Source of the DNA: Mizuhopecten yessoensis
Lineage: Eukaryota
DNA: 64,000 nucleotides
Assembly: GCF_002113885.1 (NCBI RefSeq)
Contig: NW_018404492.1
Span: forward strand, 5,200,258-5,264,257
Direction of reading: 5' to 3'
The notes under the pieces are model-generated. The model saw nothing but the letters and a program-made list of their open reading frames with translations. It made no database searches and had not been told where the DNA came from. Every line of letters starts with the position of its first letter. Position 1 is the stretch's first letter. Of the stretch, positions 26,401-38,200 are shown piece by piece. A program made the position numbers and the translations under genes.

Positions 26401-27873
26401 GGCGACGAGCATTTTGGCAATTAAATATTGATTTATTTTGTCATAAATATGAATTATGATTTGACTGTTTGTCTTTTATTGTGAATTTGTATGCATGCAT
26501 ATGTACAAGGGCAACACCTGTTAAAAAGGATATATATATATACATGCCAGGCTTTTATGCTAACATTGGTTATTATTCACCTGATAATGTGATGCTAAGG
26601 TGGATGCTTTATTGTCTTTGAAATTTACATTTTTTAACAGGTATAATAAATCACTCCTAGTGATCATGTGTACATGAAACCAAAGGTGAAAATACATGTT
26701 TATCTATCATGAAATGGACTCTACCTTTGAAATAACAAGTAACATATAAATATACATATACCTAATTCCAACAGATGGTTTTATCCTCTCTCAACGGACA
26801 GGGTGATCACCACACCGTGACATTAGAACAATACAATTAGGTAGACAGTCCTTTGAGCCTTCACCACTGACCTGACTAGTACTGGAGACCCTAGTTTAAA
26901 CATATTTTATTGATACATAGAAAATCATAGTTCACAGGATGGTTGATATTAGAAGAAAATCCCATATGAAAAAGAGGAAAATCTTCAAAAACCTAAGTCC
27001 AGATTATTTTTGGACACAGAAAAAAGGATGTTGCTTGTATCAAGCTTCATTAAATTCCGTAGAGGAATGAAGTCACTAGAGCGATGACAAAGTTTTTTTT
27101 CCTAACAATAGTAACAGTGACCTTGACCTTCAACGTAAAAACCTGAAATGCGAATTTATTCAAGGCAATGCCATACCAAACACTTGTATGAAGTTTCATG
27201 AAATTCCTTTGAGAAATGAAGTCGCTAGAGCGATGACAAAGAGTGTTCCATAGGCAAAACATATGGGCGGAAACCTATATACCCTCAAAATTTTGATGCA
27301 AGAGGATAGTAACATGGACTGTGATTTCGTTGATTAACTTAATCAAATTCGTGAAAAATGGAATACTTGAAGGTCACGACCATAATTGCATTCAAAGAGT
27401 CTGTACTAATGTAGATTTCAATTGGAGAGGACAAGAGAGGAAAAATACAACTGGGCCAGACTGGGATTTGAACCTAGGACCTCAAAACTCTAGAAAGACA
27501 CCCTAAAAACTGTGACATCCGGTCATGGGCAAAGCCATCTGGCCAGCTCCCACTGGGATTAGCAAATATTACCAATTAACTAACTTATGTCATTCATGCA
27601 TGTTAATGTAGTGCATTATAAAACGTTGAAGTTCCTATGCTATTCATTAATATCTAGGCATGTGGACATTGGGCAGAGACTCTGGACAGTAACAGCCTAC
27701 TGACCACTGCAGCCAAATATGTGGACAAAGCTCTGTCATGTGGCTACACAGGAATGGTCATGCTTCATGGGATGTTGAGCGCTGGTCAGCTGTCGTCATG
27801 GATACCAACACTGTATGCAAATTACCATCCAAGTTACTATGGGATGATGCTAGCATCTTTCTTGCCACATTAA
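20451..27873 (+). CDS. MEMO/LigB-fold (class III extradiol dioxygenase subunit B-like, TTE1956-like) protein with predicted signal peptide, 4 exons, 313 aa
   Basis: Exons 20451-20920, 21397-21521, 25027-25157 and 27658-27873, in phase with no internal stops (942 nt). Motifs IVPHGG, DIIFLSTPHG, LRWGEVI, VIVSADLAH, GPYGY..A.PFD, ALSCG, PSYYGM. Hydrophobic N-terminus. Confidence 0.88.
21859..24250 (-). mobile_element. Decayed RLE-type (HERO/NeSL-like) non-LTR retrotransposon in intron 2 of the MEMO/LigB-like gene
   Basis: RT motifs GIVTGCTIS and FMDDLT, CCHC knuckle CKLCGGRGTMAHILSGC, RHN, RPD..IELSVPWE..K..RY restriction-like endonuclease, VEVGCRGF, and an N-terminal C2H2-like CHCGKICKN..GLKI. 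Contains stops and frameshifts. Confidence 0.87.
25189..25597 (+). repeat. 17-bp minisatellite CAGGTAGTTAGCTAATA, about 24 copies
   Basis: Direct repeats starting about 30 bp after the exon 3 donor. Confidence 0.92.
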
Positions 27874-29219
27874 TTTACAGGACATTCTGGATCTATTTAT
27901 TAACTGATAAGAATTTAATTGTTTTACGGTATATGAAGCACATGTTATTTAGAAAAAAATCTTGTTCTTCAAAACAAGGATTTATATAATATGAGCATAG
28001 ACAGGGATTAGTAACTTGCTCTTTGTAATACTACTTGTATTCTTGTGACAAGTTATATTATATGTCTGAATGACCACCCTTCATTCTCAACCAAATGACT
28101 CCACACTAACAAAAAAACTCAACAAAACTTTTCAATTTCAAGGACACTTAAAGAGAGACAGGTGATTCAGATTGAAATGAGAAAACATGAACATGATATG
28201 CTATAGTGTTTCCTCAAGGCCAAGCCACTGATCTGCCTAATTTATGTCACTGATCAATGACATATAACATTGAGCCTGAAGTAGTTGTATCAAATTTTTA
28301 AACAAATAAGAACTGTTTCCTGATCATTTATATATTTCAAATGATTTAACATTGTGAATTTGAGACAGTAGCTATTAATTACTACATGAGCTTGATTGGA
28401 TTTTTCGTAAGTCAAAACTCTAACTATTGAAAATGTGCTGAATCTTCTCAAGATTATTTCCAATAAAACATATTTGGCAAATTCTAATGCCCACGTTCCT
28501 TTGTGAATGTTTGAATGAATACACATTTCAAGTTAATCATTCACAACAAAACTGTTTCTTCCCTGCCAAAAATGCTTCATTTTAGTATCTATTTGTACAT
28601 TTATTTAAGTAATTGAACTTCTTGTTTCAATGAATAAAATGTGTGCATCACAATCATATCTTTTTGTTTTCCTTGTATATTTCCATGGTATGAAAAAGAA
28701 TGAATTTGGTAATGGTCATCTTCATTCATCGCAAATCATAATATTTAAAATTGGGTGTAGACAACATTACAAGAAATTCCTCTTTGACTATTCGAAATAG
28801 CCAGCTTGCACTAACCAGAGAACGTGTTATTCGAACGATACACACACCTATGAAATTTCATATCAATATTTGGTGTCAATAAATAGTAACAGTTCATATA
28901 AGTATTGACCTTTGAGCTTGACCTTTGGGTTATTTACATGGGAGCATTACACATCACAAAACCCACATCCATGTCTACTTTAATAACAAGATGTTTGGGC
29001 AAAGTTTTGATTTTGACAATATGTATTTAAATCCTTGTACAAAGTTTGAAAGAAAATATGGACTAATGTTACCATTTCCATTCATTTTATTAAAGTATGT
29101 CTGTCACACATATTAAAATAATTATAACATAAATTAAAACAATTCAGACATTCATTACAGTATCAACCAGTATATAATGTTAAACATTTAAATAGGAACT
29201 TACATTTTATGATCAAACT

Positions 29220-30035
29220 TTAATAAAAGATAACAAATTTCTTAATATATTATTAAAATTAAAAGAATTAACATTTTTAAATTAGAAATCAAAGAATTTC
29301 ATGATTGTAAGTACAGCAGCTGTAATAATGTGCATGAGGGCAACAAAAGTAATCGTTGACATATTAGTGCCCAAACAACATCAACGAAGCACTTAATTCC
29401 TAATTATTCACAAAATGCAACATCATTTATTCAAAAATAAACATTTAAAATTAATTGTTCAAAACAAAAATGTTTCTTTCCTGCCAAAAATGCTTCATTT
29501 TAATATCTATTTGTACATTTATTTAAGTATTTTTGAACTTCTTGTTTCAATGAATAAATTATTTGCGCATCACAATCATATCTTTTGTTTTCCTTGTATA
29601 TTTCCATGGTATGAAAAAGAATGAATTAATAAAAGATAACAAATTTCTTAATATATTATCAAAATTAAAAGAATTAACATTTTTAAATTAGAAATCAAAG
29701 AATTTCATGATTGTAAGTATAGCAGCTGTAATAATATGCATGAGGGCAACAAAAGTAATCGTTGACATATTAGTGCCCAAACAACATCAACGAAGCACTT
29801 AATTCCTAATTATTCACAAAATGCAACATCATTTATTCAAAAATAAACATTTCAAATTAATTGTTCAAAACAAAAATGTTTCTTTCCTGCCAAAAATGCT
29901 TCATTTTAATATCTTTTTGTACATTTATTTAAATTAGAAATCAAAGAATTTCTTGATTGTAAGTACAGCAGCTGTAATAATATGCATGAGGGCAACAAAA
30001 GTAATCGTTTACATATTAGTGCCCAAACAACAAAG
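29220..30035. repeat. Local ~400-bp tandem duplication with a partial third copy; related block at about 28540-28705
   Basis: TTAATAAAAGATAACAAATTTC recurs at about 29220 and 29626; AATTAGAAATCAAAGAATTTC occurs three times. Confidence 0.85.
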
Positions 30036-30354
30036 TTCAATAAAAAATATACCACTGGCAAACTAAATATCAGTGGTTAACGCAAGCACTTCTGAAATCT
30101 GTGGATGTGAAGAAAAACAAATAAAAGATGTTGCATTATCTTTAATAATTCGAACAAAGTCATTGAACACATTTTCATAAATATTAGGAATTAATTAAGT
30201 ACATTATATGTATATCTATAAAGATCAACAAGAGAACAGGCCCCTCAAGACAGTTACCGCATCAGAAATGATATTACTGCATACTTATATTACCATGCAA
30301 TATTTTACAACGTCACTTTAATATTGCTAGCCTGATTCAGTATTTCTATATTTT

Positions 30355-30575
30355 GGGGGGCTGCGTTGGCCAAGTGGTCAAGGTGACTGACATTCTGCTA
30401 CCACTAGCCCTCCACCTACACTGGGTCGCAGGTTCGAGACCTACGTGGGGCAGTCGCCAGGTACTGGCTGTAGGTCGGTGGTTTTTCTCCGGGAACTTTC
30501 CTCCACCACCAAAACATGGCACGTCCTTAAATGACCATAGCTGTTTATAGGATGTAAAACACAAACAAACCAAAA
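30355..30575 (+). mobile_element. tRNA-derived SINE with V-domain-like core
   Basis: A box TGGCCAAGTGG, B box GGTTCGAGACC, core GTGGTTTTTCTCCGGG, (CAAA)n tail, 12-bp TSD TCTATATTTTGG at 30345 and 30576. Confidence 0.88.
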
Positions 30576-31442
30576 TCTATATTTTGGCATCATAAAGTAT
30601 CCGCTTCTGATGACCTACCTGACACTGGTTGATGAATTGCATGTCTTTTCATGTGTTAATTTACATATGGATACATAAATGTACTCGATATTACAGGTTA
30701 CGCTCAAATCAGATAACCCCCTACTATATCAACTATACATGTACTACTATAGATGACACACATTTTCCCTATGTATTTATTGGCTGAATCATAAACACAT
30801 GGAGGTCGATGATTTGTGACATTGTCTTCGTATTGCTGTATTATTTTTAGAAACAGCAGGTAAATATTCACCAAGTGACGACATTTCAATTTTAACGTCA
30901 CTATATGCTCTCTGCAAAAAGCAGTACTTCCTCCATAACAATTTGTATGCGTTCCAAAAATATCTAGCATCTACTACGACAGTTAAGGACTTTTATTTCC
31001 AGTGATGTGTGGTTACAATTATAACCCTGAGAAATTGATATTGACTGAGACTTCTTTTGGTGAATATGTGGTTATATATGGACCTGATAAAGTGATATTG
31101 TAGGAGACAAAGTCAAAGTCTCGGTCATTATCACTTACTTAGATCCATGTAACCTCTTATTCACCTCAACAAAAGTCCATAATTGATAAATATTTGTATT
31201 GTAATGGAAGATATTTACATTTATTACATATTTTAATAAATACAGGTTTTTTGTATATGCGATACGACACAATTGCTCTAACTCATATCAGCCCTCGCCG
31301 TATCACACCCCAAAATCTGTATCAGCCCCCGCCGTATCACACCTCAAAACCTGTATCAGCCCACAAAACCTGTATCACACCCCTTTTGAAAAGAAAAATA
31401 GATAATAAGGTAGTAATTTTTATTAGTAAGTATATAATACAT

Positions 31443-31566
31443 TAGAATAAAACATGCCCTTTTCCATATCACACCCAGTATCAACCCTCAAACAATATCA
31501 GCCCGAGGGCCGAACAGTCTGGGGTTGATACTGGGTGTGATATGGAAAAAGGCATGTATTATTCTC
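31443..31566. mobile_element. Palindromic MITE
   Basis: CATGCCCTTTTCCATATCACACCCAGTATCAACCC / GGGTTGATACTGGGTGTGATATGGAAAAAGGCATG. Confidence 0.65.
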
Positions 31567-31787
31567 TATGTCCATGTACTAAATATTCATTAGTACCAGT
31601 TTCATTTACAAATCGTCATCACACTAACAGTATGTGAATACACAGCACCGTTAAGATCTTCTATACATAGAAACATCCTAGATTATCAGATGACTAACAC
31701 TTCAATGACAGCTTAGTGCTATAATACAACATGTAAACAACTTTATAAATAAACCAATCCCTGTATTAAAATAAAATACAGGGACCT

Positions 31788-31940
31788 TAGTTCGAATTTT
31801 TCTGACGTTTTATCGACTTTTTTTTATATCGGCCTGTCGTCGATTAACGTCAGAACTCCGGCCCTCTATAATATGTGGGAAATAATCAACGACAGACCGA
31901 TATAAAAAAAGTCGATAAAACGTCAGAATAATTTGGACTA
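31788..31940. mobile_element. Mutator-like MITE with 9-bp TSD
   Basis: Imperfect TIRs of about 55 bp and TSD CAGGGACCT at 31779-31787 and 31941-31949. A solo right end lies at 59335-59387. Confidence 0.8.
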
Positions 31941-32949
31941 CAGGGACCTTTACAAACTGATACAACCATGATTAATGCCCCAACTTGGAAAACCTGAGGG
32001 TTGAATTTTCCTATCCTCTGGCTATGAAACAGAGTCTTCTCTGATTCGACAATATGAGCTCATGAGGAACCATAAAAAGTGTTTTGGCTCGATACCATTT
32101 TAAAATGGAACCAGAGAAAAAAAATCTTAAATACCCATGGGTACTATAGGATCAGAAAATTCAACCCTCAAGTTTCAAAATTGTGACAAAATCCATGGCA
32201 AAAACCTGGAGGTTTTTACCCATTGTGAAAGCCCATTGATTGGAATTGCCCTATCCTGAACCACTGGACATAAAAGAGTTTTATATTATTCTTATACTCC
32301 TTTGTTATCCTGGATAGTTCTATAACATTATACACACATTATACAGACTGGAATGAAAGAAAATGAAGAGCATCGTGTTACCATAAGTACCAGCCTGTTA
32401 TCTCAAATGCTCTATTATTTATTTTGATGTCATATACACTAAGGTGAATGATTTGAAAGTCGCAACAATACAAAAATAATTTAGCTACGTATACTATGAC
32501 AGCAGAGGGCAGTTACGGCCATATATAAAGTTACACAGAAGTATTTTAATACTACAGGCATGTTAGAATAAATGATCTACCCAGTTTATGATCCTCTCGT
32601 AACAACACAACATCACAAGTCCAAGCTGTGACGGATAACAGACTTTTATTAACAATGTTTAGTGTATCTAAGTATATATATATGCAATATTTGATGTCAT
32701 ATTAACTACATTTTTTGCAAAATATACAAAAAGGTTTCTGCCTGCATCTAAACTCATCACTGTTACAAAACTCCAAATGACAACAATTTTAAGCTTCATA
32801 TTTAATTTCAAAGACGCATTAATTCCATATTTCAAGCCCATATCTATTAAGTTGTAGGGATGTTTGATTAAATTAGAAAATAGTAACCAATAAATCTTAA
32901 AAAAAAATGTTATTATAAAAATAAAAATAAGTTTTCTTCTCAAAATTTT

Positions 32950-33065
32950 AGACCTTACTGTCTAGATGATAGACCTCCTGTCTAGATGATAGACCTCCTG
33001 TCTAGATGATGGACCTACTGTCTAGATTATAGACCTACTTTCTAGATTATAGACCTACTGTCTAT
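32950..33065. repeat. 20-bp minisatellite (AGACCTACTGTCTAGATGAT), 5-6 copies
   Basis: Direct repeats. Confidence 0.85.
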
Positions 33066-33464
33066 ATTCATCTATCTTTCCATTAAAATTATTCAACATT
33101 TCAAAGATTGATATACTGCATATGAACAAGCATGTAAAGTTAATATTACAAGTCTCCAACATTGATTGGAATCCTCCATGCAATTCACATGTTCATTTGT
33201 CAGGTTGTTCCTTTCATTAAACTTGTCTGGTCCTATTCTTCCATTATCTTACGTTGAATATGATATTGTTCAAGCCAACTGTTCTGAATGTCAAGTGTTC
33301 AGTTTCTTGTAAATTCCGTTCCATTCCATCAAATATTTGTGGTTTGATTGGTAAAACTCAAACTACCGTATATGTCAAAGCTAATATAAATTGACGAACT
33401 GTATGGGATTGTATAGTAGCTAAAGTGATAGCTTTGTTCTTTGGCTATGTACAGAATTCAATAC

Positions 33465-33642
33465 TGTATTTGTTCTGTATACAATGTACTAGGTAATGTA
33501 TTTGTTCTGTATACAATAAACTAGGTAATGTATTTGTTCTGTATACAATGTACTATAGGTAATGTATTTGTTCTGTATACAATGTACTATAAGTAATGTA
33601 TTTGTTCTGTATACAATGTACTAGGTAATGTATTTGTTCTGT
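33465..33642. repeat. ~32-bp minisatellite, about 5 copies
   Basis: TGTATTTGTTCTGTATACAATGTACTAGGTAA. Confidence 0.85.
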
Positions 33643-34094
33643 TCCTGTCTGTATGGTATTTCATTGTGTTGTATTGGTTCGTATATTATTTTTGCTGTAT
33701 ACATTATAGCTAGTTCAGTTTGATTTGTATATCACTTTTAATTTATTCTAGGGATTGTATGGTCTTTGTGTTGCATGCATATGAATTGCTTTGAATTTAT
33801 GCTAATTCTTCTTCTTAAGTGATTATGTTTGTACAATATGCTAAATACATTTCTATAGAATGATGTGTGTTTTATGTGTCAATGTATAGGCTGAAACTGT
33901 TCTACGTTGAGTATGACTTTTTTAATTGAAACAAAGGCTCATCTTTGAATTAGTTTTGTTTTCATTGATATAAAAGGCTGTTGACGTTTTCCATTAGTTT
34001 ATATGGAGGTAAAGACTTATCTTTCTATCATTTTACATGGAGACTAGGATATAGCTTTATGTGCTGTGTGGGTGCTGTAACAATCGCATCCTTC

Positions 34095-35285
34095 TGGTTG
34101 ATGTGGCGACTAGGATTCATCAATGTGTTCTATGGGTTCTGTGACTAAGCCTTCGATCAGTTGACTTAGAGACTAAGATTCCTCTATGTTCTCTATGGGT
34201 TCTGTGACTAAGCCTTCGATCAGTTGACTTAGAGACTAAGATTCCTCTATGTTCTCTATGGGTTCTGTGACTAAGCCTTCGATCAGTTGACTTAGAGACT
34301 AAGATTCCTCTATGTTCTCTATGGGTTCTGTGACTAAGCCTTCGATCAGTTGACTTAGAGACTAAGATTCCTCTATGTTCTCTATGGGTTCTGTGACTAA
34401 GCCTTCGATCAGTTGACTTAGAGACTAAGATTCCTCTATGTTCTCTATGGGTTCTGTGACTAAGCCTTCGATCAGTTGACTTAGAGACTAAGATTCCTCT
34501 ATGTTCTCTATGGGTTCTGTGACTAAGCCTTCGATCAGTTGACTTAGAGACTAAGATTCCTCTATGTTCTCTATGGGTTCTGTGACTAAGCCTTCGATCA
34601 GTTGACTTAGAGACAAAGATTCCTCTATGTTATCTATAGGTTCTGTGACTAAGCCTTCGATCAGTTGACTTAGAGACAAAGATTCCTCATGTTCTCTATG
34701 GGTTCTGTGACTCTATGCGATCTTCTGGTTGACTTAGAGACTAAGATTACTCTTTGTTATCTATAGGTTCTGTGACTCTATGCTATCTTCTGGTTGACTT
34801 AGAGACTAAGATTCCTTTATGTTTTCTATGGGTTCTGTGACTCTATGCTATCTTCTGGTTGACTTAGAGACTAAGATTACTCTTTGTTATCTATAGGTTC
34901 TGTGACTCTATGCGATCTTCTGGTTGACTTAGAGACTAAGATTCCTCTATGTTCTCTATGGGTTCTGTGACTCTATGTAATCTTCTGGTTGACTTAGAGA
35001 CTAAGATTCCTTTATGTTTCTATGGGTTCTGTGACTCTATGCAATCTTCTGGTTGACTTAGAGACTAAGATTCCTCTATGTGTCTGTCAGTTCCCTGACT
35101 CCATGCATTCAATAGGTGACATGGTGACTAGTGCTCTATGGGTTCAGTCAATCTACACATTCTATCCGTTGACTTGGCGACTAGGATTCGTCAATGTGCT
35201 CTATGGGTTCAGTCAATCTACACATTCTATCGGTTGACTTGGCGACTAGGATTCGTCGATGTGCTCTATGGGTTCTGTGACTCTC
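34095..35285 (-). repeat. About 19-copy 63/65-bp tandem array overlapping the MALT1 stop codon and 3' UTR
   Basis: Period 63 bp at about 34130-34690 and about 65 bp at 34696-35285. The proximal copy is the coding end VTEPIEHIDES*. Confidence 0.92.
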
Positions 35286-38200
35286 TTGTAAAGGTGCAGA
35301 TTGGCGATGAGTGGTAGACCAAGGTTTATTTTTTGTGTCATAAAGTGCTTGTCCATCTCATCCGCCAAGCAGTACTTAACAACAATTTTTAACTCCAAGT
35401 TGTCCTGTAAATACAAATTTAATATCAGCAGTCTATGTGCAGTCTGTGTACAGTGTAAAACAAGTATCAATATAACCATTTAGAAAAAGGCAATCAATAA
35501 AAGAGATTCTTCTGCTTAAAACTCTTCTCACAGATAATGTGAAGATTTGAAGTTTATGTATTTAATTTGACAATAAGTCATTATAAATGAACTCGAAAAC
35601 ATGATCATTGCTGGCCTGCCTAGCCCCTCCACAATCATGTCCTTCTCTGTCCCCCTTAAGATGCCTCTTTGCTGCTGAAGAACGAAATCTTTCGCAAAAC
35701 TATCTCATCTCATACCTCGTTTTTACCCATGGGACAAAAAAGTTAAAGTTGTCAAAGGCAAATGAGTTGAATATCATAACGAGGTGGTACTTTACATCTT
35801 TGTTTATATTACATACAACAACAGGGAGCTTAATGTTTAGCATTGATTTATCAACTTCATGTAAACTCGATGCATACATCCCCGAGAGTGAAATTCATTG
35901 TTAAACTACCTGTACAGGTCAGTGAAAATATTGGTACAGGGTATTCCCTTGGGATATTTATTTTATCAAAATTGAGTAAATTGTAAATATTGAGAGTCAA
36001 GAGTTCATACATGAAATTTGTAATTCTTTACAGTAGGTTACATGTAAAGACATTTATTGTGAACTATTGGAATGAAGATACCTTAGTTTCCCTTGGGAAG
36101 GTGTATTTTCTGAATGAATGTACATGTATAACAAGTTTTGGCTACAACAAATAATTTCATTGGTCTTCTTGGGGTTTATTGTAAACATATTTTATTACAT
36201 GTAGGGAGAATTTTATTTACCAAGAAATCTGGTAAATCACTTTATTAAAAACAATTTAAATTTATTTATTTATTTTTAAATTCTCACCCGAAGTTTCTGT
36301 AGGTCTTGAAAGGTTGACTTGGTTATGGCCCTTTGCTTCGGGGTGTCTGATGCGCTGCGAGTGATTGACGTGTCCGACACATTTTTAATGTCTCCCATCA
36401 TGGATATACTCTACGGCAAACAAAATCAAAACTTGAAGTTTCTTAAAAACATTACATGTCCGATCCTAATGAGACGATTACATTCTGTGTGATTTATGAA
36501 TGATGGTATTTTTTTTAAATTTCTGACCCCACCCTTAGAGGCCCTCATCAATACTAAATTGAATCCAGATTGTTCCAGATTCCAATGTTGTGCCATTCTA
36601 AAGACCAGTCTCCAAATTTAAAACTATCATTTATACTTAAAATTATATTGCCATGGTGAAGGAATGCTATATACCAAATTAAGTCATGAAGAGGAATTTT
36701 CTAAATAACTATATTGCAAAGCTGGTTTATGCCAGCAATGAAATCTCTTTCCCCAGAAATGTGACACCAAATTCAGATTATTTCTGTCCAGCCATTATTG
36801 AACAAAATTGCAAAAACATGCAAGTCTGGGTCTTTTAGTTGGACACCAACCTTCATCCCTCAAGGTGCTTTCTGTCCAATGAATTTAAAGTGACTCAGTT
36901 CCTTACTATATAATCAATTTAAAACTTGTCAAACCAATTTCGAGGAAATGTCTTTTGAATAAATATCACTATATTTACATTTGCTCTGCATGTTTCCATT
37001 GGAATGCAATGAGCTATTGTAATGTCATCAATCTCTTTTGTTATGTCATCAATTTTATTGTTGTCAAGACTTCATTTGCTGTTCAAAGAACTGTTCAAAA
37101 TAACTAAATAAAGCGTAACTACTCTATCAAAATGCGAATATAAATAAGGAATATTTTAGCAAATATTGTTATGGTCCTATAACACACATTTCTATTGCTG
37201 ACAAACTTACATGAAGCACTGCTGGGCTTTGTTAGGTTTGTCATCAATAGCAATGTGTGTTATAGGACCATAACAACATTTGCTAAAACATTCATTGCTG
37301 GTAAATGTGAACTTTGGTTTCATTTTTGTTTGTCTGTTGCGTCAAGGACCTTGACAGATGTATACTGCACATATACCTGTTAAGTGCATGGCAAAGTAAT
37401 AGATGAAGATGTTTTAAAGCTAAACACAAGAACACAAATTGTTAACCTACTTTTGGCCAGTCATAAGGAAATGCTATAGATCTGCATGTATTCCCTGGGT
37501 TCTTGATGGTGGCAAACAAGTGAAGCACATTTGAGAATTCCATCTGGAATGTAAGCTCCAACACCAGGTTTCCAAGCTCTGGTATTCTTATTTCCTGCGG
37601 CTTTGGAGTGTCTGAAAAAGTAAAATATCAAACTGAAAAGCACTGATGATAGATATACTAATAGAATCGTAGTAAAAATGGTTGTCTTACTTATAACAAT
37701 TAAACCAAGGATAAATATTGTTATATTTATGCCACATGCCCATAAATTACTTCTTAAATGGAGTTACTTGAGCTTCTGCTTAGCCTTGAATGCTTCCATA
37801 CCATACATTGGACAGCTCTTGTTTACAAAAATGGTTATCTATTATTTCATAGCCATATCTTTCACTGAACCAAGCATGGAGGAAACAGCAATTCAACATT
37901 ATATTGTACAAAAATATGGTTTCATAATTTTTAATGCATATGCAAGTACCTGGTAAAAGTTGGGCTGTATCAGATCCTTATTGGGAATGGTAAATTAGAC
38001 TTAATTGCTTTTCAGAGTATGCTTAGGTCCAGATGTGTGAAGAATACACATCACATTGGAGTTCTGAGTAACAGGTGTCTTAATTACCGTGAGCTTTTAG
38101 CCACATCTGTTTTCGGGTGTTGTAGGCTTGTGTGTAACCCTTGGTCAGTATTCGGTCCGACAATGACCTTCCCCAGTCCAGCAAAGTAGACCTGATCTCT

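Noticed and set aside
30355-30450. tRNA gene
   Set aside because: The A and B boxes belong to a TSD-flanked SINE head and there is no complete cloverleaf. The same applies to 43605-43735.
34095-35285. CRISPR-like array
   Set aside because: The units are contiguous near-identical repeats with no unique spacers, the context is eukaryotic, and there are no cas genes.
37461-37643. ORF-track peptide HSKAAGNK...
   Set aside because: Wrong frame. The real MALT1 exon 37611-37451 reads DTPKPQ...EFSNVL in another frame.
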